A DNA stretch of 64,000 bases from the human T2T-CHM13v2.0 reference genome, Homo sapiens: the NCBI RefSeq assembly GCF_009914755.1, contig NC_060931.1. One strand, written 5' to 3'. Position numbers and translations under genes: made by a program. Below, one piece after another: positions 22,358-50,663 of the stretch (position 1 is the stretch's first letter; the number at the start of each line of letters is the position of its first letter). The notes beneath the pieces were generated by a model. It saw only the letters and a program-made list of their open reading frames with translations, was not told the origin of the DNA and did no database searches.

Positions 22358-23620
22358 AAGATGTGACAATGATTTTCACTACACCTCAAACTTTTCTAAA
22401 CATAAACCATATTGGTGCCCTAGAAATGTGAGGAATATGACAAGGACTTTAAATGGTTGTCACGCTTGATTGTAGGTAAGATAATTTATATTGGAGAAAA
22501 ATCCTCCAAGTATGAAGAATGTGGCAAACTTTTAACCAATCCTCACACCTTATTGCACAGGAAAGCATTTATACTTGAGAAAAATTGTATAAAGAATATG
22601 GAAAAGCCATTTATATCTGCTCACATGTAAAAACATCAGTTCATACTTAATAAAATGCAATTACCGTCAAATCTTTCAGAAAATATAAGCCTTTAATACG
22701 AGGAAGAGTATTCTTAAGATGAACATTACAAATAGAAAGAGGGTTGTAGTACCTTTAGTTTTATGATAGATCTTATTGTACACATTTTGTACCAGAGGAA
22801 AACCCTAAAGCATTAGTTGCTCAAACTTTGTTCGACATCAGGGAATTTGTATTGGAGAAAAACCCTGCAAATGTAATAAATATGGAAAAACATTTTTTCA
22901 AAAACTACAGCTTGGAAAACATCAGAGAGTTCATACTAAAATATATTTTTGCAGATGCAGTAAATATGAAAAATATTTAATCCCAAATTAAGTCTATGTA
23001 AATATCAGAATTCACAGTAGAAATCATAAGGCATAAGGCACTGATACTTCAGACATTACACTAAATTAGAGTGTTGAGTATAGGAGATCCAAAACTAAAA
23101 TTGTTAGGTAAGTTATTTATATATAACTTTAAAAGAAGTAGAAGATTTTTTGGAGATTTATAATTACATTCAAAGTATACTTTTTTCTTGAAAAAAATTA
23201 CAGATTTTTTGAAAAGCAATTGATGTAATTTAACTCTCAAATTCATGTTTTTCTTCATTCCTATTATATTCACATGTGAAAGCAAGTGATCTGTTGTTGC
23301 TGAATCAGAGATATGAGAGATTCTTTTTTATAGGTGGGCATTATTTATGCCCCTTTCTGTGGAAGAGTAAGAAAATTAAAATACAAGATGCATGAGGAAA
23401 ATGTAGAGATGCTCTTTGTGATTAACTTAGAATATTAAGTGCTACTTGACGTACATGTTCAGACTAACATTCTTTTGCAGTATAGTGAGAAAAAAACATT
23501 TTAAAATTAATTATCATTTTGTTGATTGTGCTTTTATGTAATAAAATGCAGTACTTTAAAACATTTAGATTGTGTGTGAACTTAATTTTGTAATTAAACA
23601 TTTTTTTTAGCATGCTAAGA
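22358..23620 (+). other. ZNF92: 3' UTR of the zinc-finger gene, with decayed finger repeats
   Basis: Follows the stop; finger remnants (gaaatgtgaggaatatgacaagg, attggagaaaaaccctgcaaatgt); AATAAA 23540-23545 and ATTAAA 23593-23598. Exact 3' end not determinable from sequence. Confidence 0.7.
23540..23545 (+). terminator. Candidate polyadenylation signal AATAAA
   Basis: TGTA immediately upstream (tatgtaataaaa), GT-rich tract downstream (ttgtgtgtg). Confidence 0.55.
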
Positions 23621-24383
23621 CTAGTGTATTCGATGAAGTGTTATTATGCCACTAACTTTAACCTTATCCTACCTTACTCAAGGGTGTGGGGTAAAAGATG
23701 GTAACAGTATATTATTTGGTAACATAGTGGACTTACATCTGTGGTAATCTTTTCCAGTGGCTTAAACTGCAAATACATTAAAGAATATTGTTCCCATAGG
23801 TTAAATTTTTATCTTTTTAAAATTTAAATTTATTTTTCTTAATTTTTGTGGGTACATAGTGTGTGTATATATTTATTGCCATATATGCCATATTTTGATA
23901 CAGACATACAGTATGTAATAATGACATCAGGGTAAATGAGGTCTTCACCTCTAGCATTTATTCTTTGTATTACAGACAATCCAGTTCTATCTAAAAATGA
24001 GGAAAAAATTATTTTAATAAGGTGACTAATTTACTAGAAAACTAAAAACCTCAAATATGTGTAAGGCAAATCTATACACTGCTTTGTATTGAATTCATGA
24101 CTATAAGATCTTATGGCTTATGGTTCATAACCTCCCCAGGCAATTTCTCTGTTTTACTTGCCTGGTGCTCATGCTAGACCCATAATTTTTTTGTTTCTTA
24201 TAATTATTTTGTTTTATAGTTTTTGAAGTATTCATTATGTGAGCTCATCAGGGATTATAAGAATTATTTTTATAAAATTTAGCGCATGCAAAATTTTTAG
24301 ATGTAATTGCACAATTAGTGTATTTTATTTAGTTAGAACATTCCATTTTGTTATTTTACTTGGAGAACCCTATATAAGCCTAC

Positions 24384-25707
<1,324 letters not shown>

Positions 25708-25709
25708 TC

Positions 25710-26094
25710 AGTGCCATTTTTTATAGATTTAGAAGTAAACTATTTTAAAATTCATATGGAATAATGAAAGAGCCCAAATAGCCACAGCAAGTTTAAACAA
25801 AAACAATAATCCTGGATGTCTCACATTACCTAACTTCAAATTGTACTACAAGCTACAGTAACCAATACAGCATGGTTCTGGTACAAAAATATAGGCTAAT
25901 GAAACAGAGGAGAGAGCCCAGAAAAAAAAGCTACACTTCTACAATCAACATATTGGTGACAAAGTCAACAGAAATAAACCAAGGGAAATAATCCCCTATC
26001 CAATAAATGGTACAGGGGAAAACTGGTTAGTCATATTCAGAAGAAAACTGGACCCCTACCTCTCACCATATAAAGAATATAACTCGAGATTAAA
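25710..26094 (+). mobile_element. L1 ORF2 C-terminal fragment
   Basis: aaattcatatggaa...ctacagtaacc...gcatggttctggtac...ctggacccctacctctcaccatat. Confidence 0.85.
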
Positions 26095-29312
<3,218 letters not shown>

Positions 29313-29367
29313 TCATTTTAGTATGCAACCTGCATTGCTTTAATATATTATTCCTTCAGTTTTGATC

Positions 29368-29441
29368 CTCCAGGATATGATTCATTTCTTCAGGATATGA
29401 TTCAGTTCTTCAGGATATGATTCAGTTCTTCAGGATATGAT
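29368..29441. repeat. 20-bp tandem repeat, ~4 copies (cttcaggatatgattcagtt)
   Basis: caggatatga recurs at 29371, 29391, 29411 and 29431. Confidence 0.92.
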
Positions 29442-30435
29442 GGTGATGTACAGATGGGGTTTTGGTGAGGATGTCCTTTCTGTTTGTTAGTTTTCCTTCT
29501 AACAGTCAGGACCCTCAGCTGCAGGTCTGTTGGAGTTTGCTGGAGGTCCACTCCAGACTCTGTTTGCCTGGGTATCAGGAGTGGTGGCTGAAGAACAGTG
29601 GATATTGGTGAACCGCAAATGCTGCTGCCTGATCGTTCATCTGGAAGTTTTGTCTCAGAGGAGTACCTGGCTGTGTGAGGTGTCAGTCTGCCCCTACTGG
29701 GGCGTGCCTCCCAGTTAGGCTACTCGGAGGTCAGGGACCCACTTGAGGAGGCAGTCTGCCCATTCTCAGATCTCAAGCTGCATGCTGGGAGAACCACTAC
29801 TCTCTTCAAAGCTGTCAGACAGGGACATTGAAGTCTGCAGAGGTTTCTGCTGCCTTTTGTTTGGCTATGCCCTGCCCCCAGAGGTGGAGTCTATAGAGGC
29901 AGGCAGGCCTCCTTGAGTTGCAGTGGGCCCCACCCAGTTCGAGCTTCCCGGCTGCTTTGTTCACCTACTCAAGCCTTGGCAATGGTGGTCGCCCCTCCCC
30001 CAGCCTCCCTGCCGCCTTGCAGTTTGATCTTAGACTGATGTGCTAGCAATAAGTGAGGCTCCGTGGGCATAGGACCCTCCGAGCCAGGCACGGGATATAA
30101 TCTCCTGGTGTGCCATTTGCTAAGACTGTTGGAAAAGTGCAGTATTAGGGTGGGAGTGACCCGATTTTCCAGGTGCCGTTTGTCACCCCTTTCTTTGACT
30201 AGGAAAGGGAATTCCCTGACCCCTTGCACTTCCTATGTGAGGCAATGCCTTGCCCTGCTTTGGCTCATTCTTGGTGCACTGCACCCACTATCCTGCACCC
30301 ACTGTCTGACACTCCCCAGTGAGATGAACCCAGTACTTCAGTTGGAAATGCAGAAATCACCTGTCTTCTGCATCACTCATGCTGGGAGCTGTAGACTGGA
30401 GCTGTTCCTATTCAGCAACCTTGGCTCCACCCCAC
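29441..30435 (-). mobile_element. Isolated L1PA4/5-like 5'UTR (3'-truncated, no ORF1)
   Basis: Reverse complement starts ggggtggagccaagg..gaataggaacagctccagtctacagc and ends at accccatctgtacatcaccatc, just before ORF1. Confidence 0.92.
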
Positions 30436-31234
30436 CTTAACCTTCCAGTTTTATGGATGCTGGTAGAAGGCATGAGACACTGAAGTATGACAAAATCCCT
30501 ACTATTTACTGTATAACTGAAGGCCAAACTTCATGTTTGTATTTGTCCATGCTACTTTTTTTTAGAGGGATTTCAAAAAGCTCAAGTGGACATTGCACAT
30601 GGGAAAGATTTGTGTCACAGCTGAGCAATCTTAATATTAAGAAACCCCAATCTTTTTAAAGTAGGTTACATGCAAACCTGTCCAACTTTTGCCTCACAGA
30701 GAAAAATTGTCTTTATTACATTAGTTGAGTAATTTATCTGTCATTTACCTGAAGATAAAAACGACTACCCTTCTTTCCAGGCTATTTGTGTACAAAAATC
30801 TTTGAAAAATAACCTGGAATAGGACAGATATGTCATGTAATAAATAACAAAACAACAACTCTAAGAGACTTTTGGAGAATTATATCTCAGCAGCATGCAT
30901 CTTTTCCGTTAAATGTTGCACTAAATAATCCTCTGATGAAAAAGATCCGTTGAAGATTTTTGACATGAAGACTAACTTTGGTTGTTTTGTGTTGTGGGAT
31001 TGCTAAAGATTGAAAGATACAGGGAGAAATAGAATTACCAGGGACTTTACAGAAATGGAAGTTCTATGTGTGGAGTAATGTAATTCTGGGTGAGTGAATG
31101 ACAGGTGAGAGTTAGTGAAAATAAAACACAATTTAACATTTTTACATATTAAGAACATGCTGAAATTGGTTAGCTTATTGGAAAAATTTAAATGACTACC
31201 TATGTATACAGCATATTTATTCTGAATGAATTGC

Positions 31235-33855
<2,621 letters not shown>

Positions 33856-34544
33856 GTAATGTCAAATTTTGTGTGTAGGGGAATGTCATATGGGGCTGGC
33901 CCATTCTGAGCAGGAACAGATTGTTGGGAGGTTAGAGTCCTGGTGGCTCATGATGTTTACACATGAGGTCATGGCTGGCAAAGTAGGGAGGCAAGTGCTG
34001 GTGTGGTACCCATCCACACCAGTGACTGTTCTGAGCCCTAGAACTGTTATCTTGTGCCTTCCAAGGCTGAAGGTCTGTGTAGACATAAGTCTATGCTTGA
34101 TCTGGGGGGCAGAAGGCTGCATGGGGTATAAGGAGCAGCAGTGATGGCCAGGAATAGCTCTGAGGCTTCCAGGTCTGTCTGCCACTTACTGTCTTTGCAG
34201 AGCTCCACACAGAAGATTGGCAAAAAGGTGTTAATGGGGTAGCGCTCTGTTTCCTTTGGTGAGGGGCAGAAGCTTGCTGCTGCCAACAAGGGCCAGCATT
34301 GAAATGAGGTGAATGGAGGAGCAGAGGGTTTTCCAAATCAGCCCAGAGAAGGCTGACAAGGGCCCCCTGCCCAGACACCACCATGGCAACTGTAAAGGAC
34401 TCTGTCCCAATATTAACATATGTACATAGATGAACAAACATACCAAGATATAGTATAGATGTAGATGTTTATTCTGTTGCTTCTATTTCTCTGAATAACT
34501 TGAATGCAAACTGTAGCAAGTAAAAGACTGCATAAGTAATAAAA

Positions 34545-35170
34545 AACACACTAACGAAGAAAAGTCCAGAACCAGATGGCTTCACTGATAAATTGTTTTA
34601 AACATTAAAAGGTGTAACTCCAATTTTTCTGAAACTCTTTAAAAATTGCAATAAATCAATGCAATATACCAACTCAATAGAATTAATTTTAGAAAAATAC
34701 ATGATTATCTCAATTGATAGAGAAAAAATTTGAGATAATCCAAAAGTCTATTATATTAGTAAACTAGATATAGACTAATACTTCCTCAACATAATAAAAG
34801 GTACATGTAAAAAAACTCAAAACTACCATTATATGCAATGATGAAAGACTAAATGCTTTCTCCATAAAATCAGGAATGAGACAAGGATACCTGCATTCAT
34901 CACTTCTGATCAACATTGTAACAGAAATCAGGCCAGAATAATTGGGCAATACAAAAAAAGAAATGCTTCAATTGGAAAAGAAAAAGCTTATTTTTATATA
35001 CAGATGATATAATTTCATACATATAATTAAAATCCTAAGTAATAATCATAAAACTGTTAACACTAATGATCAGATTCTGCAAAGTTGTAAGATACAAGAT
35101 CAATACATACACATTAATGGAATCTAATTAAGAGTCAGGAAATAAATCCATACATGTAATTTTTTGACAT
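34545..35170 (+). mobile_element. Old L1M ORF2 fragments
   Basis: aagtccagaaccagatggcttcactg, atgattatctcaattgat, aggaatgagacaaggatacc. Confidence 0.75.
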
Positions 35171-35904
35171 GGACTTGGCAAAGCTGCAGGAATTATTGGA
35201 AACCACTTATTTCATGTATTTTAGCCCCATTTTAGGAGATCCTTCCTTATTGGGGAATAGTTAATAACTTTCCATCCGTGGGCAGAAAGCCTATTACTAG
35301 AATATGTAATTTTCAAAGAAAGCTTCCATTTTAAGATAAAAGTGAATTTAAGACAAAGTTTGAAAGATACAAACAAACTTTCTTTACTACTTTAATGAAA
35401 AAACAGTGTTTGGTGTTTTATTTTGTCCAAATTTGAAATTAAATGTTCATTTCAATTCTTCCAATAGGCATAAAAAATAAACAGGTTATTGAAAAAAATT
35501 CTTAGAACATGTTCAAATGTTAATTTAGTATTAAATAAGTTTACAAAATATGACCTGGGTCCTGATCTATTTATATTTCTAGTGAACCCAGGGAAGCATA
35601 AATGAGCTGGAACACATTTATCTATCAGGAAAATAACTTCGGCCTAGTTGCACCAAGACTAGCAGCAATACTGACTACAGGTGTGCACCTGCCACCAGGT
35701 ACAGATACTACTCTCATGATTCCACACGGTGGAGGTAAAATAATGTTATCTTTGGTGATGTTGATCAGCTCTTTCACCTGCAACCTTACTAAAGCCAGCA
35801 TCTCCATTTTGTTCACAGAGGTAATGTAGCTTTTCATCTTGTCTTCTTTCCTTGTAGAAACAGATAAGAAGAATTCTGTGACAATAAACTGGGGACACAG
35901 AGTG

Positions 35905-36535
<631 letters not shown>

Positions 36536-37268
36536 CAAAGTGAATGTTTTACAGTTCCACCTGTGTACAGACAGAGATCTCTTTTTAGTTTACAGGCCAG
36601 TCTCTCTCAAGCACTTGAAACCTCTCTGCAAATGACTCTTGACACTGGCTAAACTGAGACAAATGGGATATTAAATTCTATGAAGGCAGGAGTTCCTGAG
36701 TTCCCGAATGACCATGTAGAGAGGAGGTGCCTTTTCAACTTGGTCTCCCAACAGCACTGTTATGTGTGTTAAAATATGCTGTTAATCTACTGCAAATTAG
36801 GGTGCGGTAGTATTTGACACTTCAGTATAACCTAAACCATGCACTTAAAAACCTAATCACTGAATTAATTTAAAAGGCATTCTTATAGTATATTTAAGAT
36901 GACAAATGTTAAGTTGGTCTTGCAATTTTTACCCTTCCATTTTGACCATACTATGTTATGTTAGAGAACTTGAACCACACAAAATAAGTGCTGGGATACA
37001 GGTGTGGCTTCCCAAAGTGCTGGGATTACAGGTGTGAGCCACCATGCCCACCTAAAAACTGTTTTTATACTCAAACATCCTGTTGGGCAAATGCCAAGTT
37101 AAAAAATTGTGACATTTGTTAAAAATTGGGAAGAAAGACTTTAATACAATTGCAGTAGATGTTATGGCCATTGTAATAGGATTCAGAAATTGATCATAAC
37201 TCTGAACACAGATGACTCAAGATTTATAGTCAATAAGCAGATAAGTCAGTGGATAAAAACTTACTGAA

Positions 37269-43366
<6,098 letters not shown>

Positions 43367-45458
43367 AATTACTGAAAAAAATTGATAACATATCAAAGGA
43401 AGAGGCCTTTTTAAAAACAGAATTCTGTCTACAGGCAAGTTAAGGACTTAAATATTAAGGAAGAGGAATTCGAATTTTAATAGATGTAAAGGATATGTTG
43501 ATTTTTACTGAGCAATCTTAGCAGGATTTCTGAAAATGAGCTTCTCAAATCAGGAGCTGGGCAACAAGTCAAGGTTGGCTTAGTCAAAGAGAGAGTTCAG
43601 TTAAGCCTGACTAACCTTTGGTCATAAAGGGAGTGCTTGTCAGAACCAAGACTTTTTCCCATCTGGTCTGAAAATAAATATACACCAAAAGAGGCTTTGT
43701 TTGGAAAATAAGTGCCCATTTCACCTGAGAAAAAACTCCACCTTCTCCTGTTTATCTTTGAATTTAGTGTAGAAAAAGAGAACTCATCATTGCCACAATT
43801 TTTACTTTGCTTTCATTCTTAAAAACAGAGATTCAGTTTTATTCAAACAGCAACTTACCAAGCACAAAAATTATAGTTTCTGACCCCTATTGAAGCTAAC
43901 AATGACTAGAAGATGTTCAAGACAATTGGGTGTAACCAGAAGTATTGATGGGACTTCAGGGAGGCTCCTCAGATGGAGCTGACTCAGCTGTGTGAGCCAC
44001 TTCGGCCTTGCATCTTTCCTCCTTCCTGCTCTTTGAAAGGCACATGGTTGCTGGTACAGGCTGGTGTTCCTGTAGACATCTTGGGTCATGAGACAACCTA
44101 CAGGGTAAAAACCATCTATGGAAATATTGTAGCAGAGAAGGGTGCCAGGATGGCTGATTGGAAGCAGCTACCATATGTGGCTGTCATGGAAAGGAACAAA
44201 GGGGGATAGTAAATACAACACCTTCAACTGAAACACGTAGGTATTTGCACTGGGACTAATGAAGGAAACAGCTCAACCCACCGAAAATGGAGAAAAGCAG
44301 GGCATGGCAACCACCCACCCTGGAGTGACACAGAGCCAAGGGAACCTACCTTGCTCAGGAAAGTGGTGACTGAATATGTGACCCTGGGAAACCACACTTC
44401 TTCCATGGATCTTTGCAACCCTCAGCTCAGGAGATCTTCTCATGAACCCATTCCACCAGGGCCTTTGTTCTGACACACAGAGCTGTGTGGTCTTGGCAGA
44501 GCAACTGCTCAGACACAAAGAGAATCTCAGGAGCTTTACACACTCTGGCTCCAGGATCTCCAGCAAAGGTGACTGCAACTCAGACAAGGCAGGAAGTTGG
44601 ACCTCCATAAACACCGCTAGAAAGGAAGCTGAATCATGTGGCTGAGCAGCATCAGTCTGTGGGCCCCAATACCATGGCACCTTATAGGATAAGACCCACT
44701 GGCTTGGAATTCCAGCCAACCCCTAGTAATAGTATTGCACCTACCTGGGATGGGACAGAGCTCCTGAAGGCAGAGGCAGGGTCGATATCTGTTGTTTGGA
44801 TGACTTAGCCATTCCAGTCTGTAGGTTTAGGAGAGTCCAAACAAAGCTGATGGCAGATAAAAGGAACCCCAAGCACAGCACAGTGGTTCTACCAAAATGT
44901 GGACAGACTGCTTCTTTAAGTGGGACCCTGACACATTTTACGTCTCAGGGTGGGGCCTCCTACTGGGGACTCCAGCTAGCCCCTTCCATATTCTCCAGCA
45001 GACAGAATTTTGATTTCTCCCTGGATGCAGTGCCCAGTGGGAGGAGTAGGCCACCATATTTGCTGTTTGGATAACTCAGCCATTCCAGCCTGTGGGCTTA
45101 GGAGAGTCCAAACCATCCAGGGGCAGAAGAGATCCCTCAGCACAGCACAGTGGCTCTACTATGATGTGATCAGACTGCTTCTTTAGATGAGACCATAATA
45201 AGCTCCTCATCTCTGGGTGGGTCTTCCCAACCAGGGCCTCCAGCCACTCCCACTGATGTTCTCTGGCCAACAGAGAACTTGAAAACTTTCTGGGACAGAG
45301 TTCCCAGAGAGGTTGACCACCTTCTTTGCTGTTTCAGCAATTTAGCTGTTTCAGCAATTTAGCTGTTTCAGCCTCCAGGCTTTGAAGAGCCCAATCTGAT
45401 GAGAGGCAGAAATGGTACCCCAGCACAGCATGGCTGCCCTATGAAAGTGGGGCTAGAC

Positions 45459-46447
45459 TGTTGTGGGAAGTCAGGGACCCTGAATGGAGGGACCTGCTGA
45501 AGCCATGTCAGAAGAATATAAATTGTGAAGATTTCATGGACATTTATCACTTCCCCAATCAATACCCTTATAATTTCTTATGCCTGTCTTTAATCTCTTA
45601 ATCCCATCATTTTAGTAAGCTGAGGATATATGTCACATCAGGACCCTGTGATGATTGCGTTAACTGCACAAATTGTTCATAAAGCATGTGTGTTTGAACA
45701 ATATGAAATCTGGGCACCTTGAAAAAAGAACAGGATAACAGTGATGTTCAGGGAACAAGGGAGATAACCATTAGGTCTGACTGCCTGGGAGCCAGGCAGG
45801 ACAGAGCCATATTTCCCTTATTACTGAAAACAGGTAAGAGAAATATTGCTGAATTCTTTCCCCAGTAAGGAATATTAATAACAGCCCTGGGAAAAGAATG
45901 CATTCCCAGGGGGGGCCTCTAAAATGGCTGCTCTGGGGGGTTGTCTGCCTTATGCAGTTGCAGATAAGGGATGAAACATGCCTTGGCCTCCTGCAGCGCC
46001 CCCAGGCTTGCTAGGATTAGGAAATTCCAGCCTGGCGAATTCTAGTCAGACCGGTTCTCTGATCTTGAACCCTGTTAAGATGTTTGTCAATGACAATGCA
46101 TACACAGCAGGACATGCAACTTCATTAGTAATTCTAGTTTTGCCCTGACCTTGTGATCTCACCCTGACCTTCTGCCTTGTGATCTTTTGCTGCCCTTGAA
46201 GCATGTTGTCTCTGCGACCCACATCTTATTCATACACTCCCTCCCCTTTGAAAATTACTAATAAAAATTGCTGGTTTTATGGTTCGGGGGCATCACAGAA
46301 CCTGCCAACAAGTGATGTCTTCCCTGGACACCCAGCTTTAAAATTTATCTCTTTTGTACTCTTTCTCTTTGTTTCTCAGACCGGCTGACACTTAGGGAAA
46401 ATAGAAAAGAACCTACGTTGAAATATCAGGGGCTGGTTCCCCTGATA
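45459..46447 (+). mobile_element. Solo LTR MER11 (MER11A-like; HERV-K HML-8) inserted in the L1 5'UTR
   Basis: Starts tgttgtgggaagtcagggaccc, ends ggctggttcccctgata; perfect 6-bp TSD ctagac at 45453-45458 and 46448-46453; aataaa ~46261. Confidence 0.9.
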
Positions 46448-49400
46448 CTAGACTGCTTCTTTAAGTGGGTCCCCAATTCTGTTCCTCCTGGCTGGGTGAG
46501 ACCTCCCAACTGGGGTCTCCAGTCACAGCCTACAGGTGTGTTCAAGCCAGCGGCAGGTCTGCACCTCCCCTGCAATGGAGCTTCCAGGGAAAGAGGTGGG
46601 CTGTTATCTTTGTTGTTTCACAGCACTCACTGGCAAACCCTCCAGATACTGAAAAATCCGAGATGACTAGAGACTGGGGCAGATGCCCAACAAACTGCAG
46701 CAGCCCTGCACAAAATGGCCAAACAGTTAAAAGGAAAACAAGCAAACAAACAAAAAACCCCATTCAAAGGTCAGCAACCTGAATGATTAAAGGTAGATAA
46801 GCACACAAAGGAAAGGATCAGCAGAAAAATACTAAAAACTCAAAAAGCCAGAGTTCTCTCCCTCCTCCAAATGACCACATTACTTCTCCAGCAAGAGTTC
46901 AGAATGGGGCTGAGGCTGAGATTGCTGAAATAACAAAAGTAGACCCCAGAATGTGGATAAAAATAAACTTCGCTGATGTAAAGGAGCATGTTCCAACTCA
47001 ATGCAAGAAAGTTAAAAATTACAGTATAACATTGTAGGAGCTGAAAAACAAATTGGCCAAGATGGAGAAGAATCTAAGCAACTGAATAGAGCTTAGAATT
47101 CAAGCTCTGTCTGCAGTGAAGCTCTATCTGTATTTCTGAAATAAGACAGGCAGACAAAAATAGAAAAAGAAAAGAATGAAAGAAAAAGAAAATAATGAAA
47201 AGGAATGAACAAAACTTCTGAGAAATATGGAATTGTATAAAGAGACAAAAATCTATAACTGATTAGTGTATCTGAAAGAGCTGTGGAGAATGGAACAAAT
47301 TTGGAAAACATATTTCAGGATATCATCCATGAGAATGTCCTCAATCTTGCTGTACAGGCCAACATTAAAATTCAGCAAATGCAGAGAACCCCAGTAGGAT
47401 ACTCCATGAAAAGATCATGCTCAAGACATATAATCATCAGATTCTCCATAGTTGAAATGAAAAAAAAAGGGCAGCCAAAAAGAAAGGCCAGGTCACCTAC
47501 AAAGGGATGCTCATCAGACTACCAGCAGACCTCTCAGTGAAAACCCTACAAGCCATGAAAGATTGGGGGCCAATATTTAACACTCTTAAAGAAAATAAAT
47601 TGTAACCCAGAATTTTATATCTGGCCTACCAAGCCTAAGCTAGGGATAAATAAAATCCCTCTTAGACAAGCAAATGCTGAGGTAATTCATTACCACCAGA
47701 TCTGCTTTTCAAGAGCTTTTGAAAGAAGCACTAATTTGGAAAGAAAAATTTATTACCAGCCACTACAAAAACACCTGAATGACACAGATCACTGACATTA
47801 TGTCAACCACTTAAACAAGTCTGCAAAATGAAGAGCTAGCATCAAGATGACAGGATCAAATCTATATATAATAATACTAACCTTAAAAGTAAATAGGCTA
47901 AATGTCCCAATTACAGCACACAGAGTGGCAGCCAAGACCCATTGGTATGCAGTCTTTAAAACATCCATCTCACATGCAATGACACACATAGGCTAAAAAC
48001 AAAAGGATGGAGGAAATTTTACCAAGCAAATTGAAAACAGAAACAATCAGGGATTGCAATCCTAGTTTTCAACAAAACAGACTTTAAACCAACACAGATT
48101 AAAAAAAAGAGAGAGGCATCACATAATGGTAAAGGGTTCAATTCAACAAGAAGAACTAACTATCCTAAATACATATGCACCCAACATGAGAGTACCCAGA
48201 TTCATATAACAAGTTCCTAGAGATCTTCAAAGAGACTTAGACACCCTCACTTTAATAGTGAGAGATTTTAACACACCACTGACAATATTAGACAGATCAT
48301 TGAGACAGAAAATTAACAAAGATATTCAGGACCTGAACTTAGCTCTGGATAAAATGGATGTGATAGATATTTACAGAACTATCTACCCCAAATAGCAGAA
48401 TACATTCTTCTCATCACCACATGGCACATTTGCTGAAATCAGCCACATAGTTGGAAGTAAAACACTCCTCAGCAAATACAAAGAACTAAAATTATAATAA
48501 ATAGTGTCTCAGACAGCAGCACAATCAAATTAGAACTCAAGACTAATAAATTTACTGTAAACCATAAAATTACACGGAAATTGAAAAACCTGCTCCTGAA
48601 TTAATTTTGAATAAATAATGAAATTAAGGCTAGTATCGAGAAGTTCTCTGAAACCAATGAGAACAAAGACAAAACATACCAGAATCTCTGGGACACAGCT
48701 AAGGCAGTATTAAGAGGAAAATTTATAGCACTAAATGCCCACATTAAAAAGCTAGAAAGATCCCAAGTTAAGAACTTAACAACACAACTAAAATAACTAC
48801 AGAAAAAAGAGCAAAGAAATCCTAGAGCTACCAGAAGACAAGAAATAACTAAAATCAGAGTTGAACTCAAGGAAATAAAGACATGAGAAACCATTCAGAA
48901 GATCAACAAATTCAAGAGCTGATTTTTTTAAACCAATAAAGTAGATAGACCACTAGACAGACTAACAAGAAAGAAAAGAAAAAAAATTCAAATAAACACA
49001 GTCAGAAATAATAGAGGTTACCACTGACTCCACAGAAATAAAAATAACTATTAGAGAATATTATAAACAACTCTATGCACATAAGCTGAAAATCTAGTAG
49101 AAATGGGTAAATGTCTGGCCACACACACCCTTTCAAGACTAAACCAGGAATAAATTTAATCCCTGAAAAGACAAAAAACAGGCTCTGAAACTGAGGCAGT
49201 AATAAATAGCATAACCACAAAAAGCACAGGACCAGAAAGATTAATGGTTGAATCCTACCAGATTTACAAAGAACTGGAACAATTCCTACTAAAACTATTT
49301 CAAAAACTTGAAACAGAGGGTTTTCTCCCTAACTCTTTCTATGAGACAAGCATCATCCTGGTACCAAAACCCGGCAGAGACACAAGAAAAAAAGAAAACT

Positions 49401-50663
49401 TCAGGCCAATATTCCTGATGAACATTGATGCAAAAATTCTCAAAAAAGTACTGGCAAACCAAAACCAGCAGAATATCAAAAATCTTATCCACCACAATCA
49501 AGTAGGCTTCATCTGTGGGATGCAAGTTTGGTTCAACATCTACAAATCAATATGTGATTCATCACATAAACAGAACTAAAGAAAAAAATCCCACATGATT
49601 ATCTCAATAGATGCAGAAAAATCTTTCAATAAAATTCAACATCCATTCATGTTAAAAACCCTCAATAAACTAAGTATTGAAAAAACATACCTCAAAATAA
49701 TAAGAACCATATATGACAAACCCACAGCCAACATCATACTGAAAGGGCAAAAGCTGAAAGCATTCCCCTTTAAAACCCCTATAAGATAAGGATGCCCTCT
49801 TCCACCACTTCTATTTGAGATAGTATTGGAAGTTACTGGCCAGAGCAATCAGGCAAGAGAAAGAAATAAAAGGCATTCAAATTGAAAGAGAGGAAGTTAA
49901 ACTACACCTGATGTTACATAACATGATCCTATATCCAGAAAATCCTATCGTCTCAGCCTCAAAGTTTCTTAAGCTGATAAACATCTTTAGCAAAGTCTCA
50001 AGATACAAAATCCATGTGCAAAAATCACTAGGATTCTTATACACCAACAACAGTCAAGCTGAGAGTAAAATCATGAGTGAACTCCCATTCACAATTGCCA
50101 CAAAAGAATAAAATACCTAGGAATGCATCTAACAAGGGAAGTGAACATTTCTACAAGGAGAACTATAAACTCAGATAAATCAGATATGACATAAACAAAT
50201 GGAAAAACATTTCATGCTTACAGATAGGAAGAATTCATATTGTTAAAATAGCCATGCTAACCCCCAAAATTTATAGAGTTAATACTATTCTCATTAAACT
50301 ACCACTGACATTTTTCACAAAACTAGAAAAATCTATTTTAAAACTTATATGGAACCAAAAAATTGCCTGAATAGTCAAGACAATCCTAAGGAAAAAATAA
50401 CAAAGCTGGAGACATTATGCTCTCCAACTTCAAACTACGCTACGGGGCTATAGTAACCAAAACAGCATGGTACTGGTACAAGAACAGACACATATACTAA
50501 TGAAAAAGAATAAAGAATGCAGAAATAAGACTGCACAGCTACAACTATCTGATCTTTGACAAACCTGACAAAAACAAGCAATGGAAAATGACTACCTATT
50601 CAATAAATGGTGCTGGGATAACTGGCTAGCCATATGCAGAAAATTGAAACAGAACCCCTTCCT

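Noticed and set aside
30453-31230. Unique AT-rich segment with a 68-aa ORF
   Set aside because: No recognisable domain, splice pattern or repeat family.
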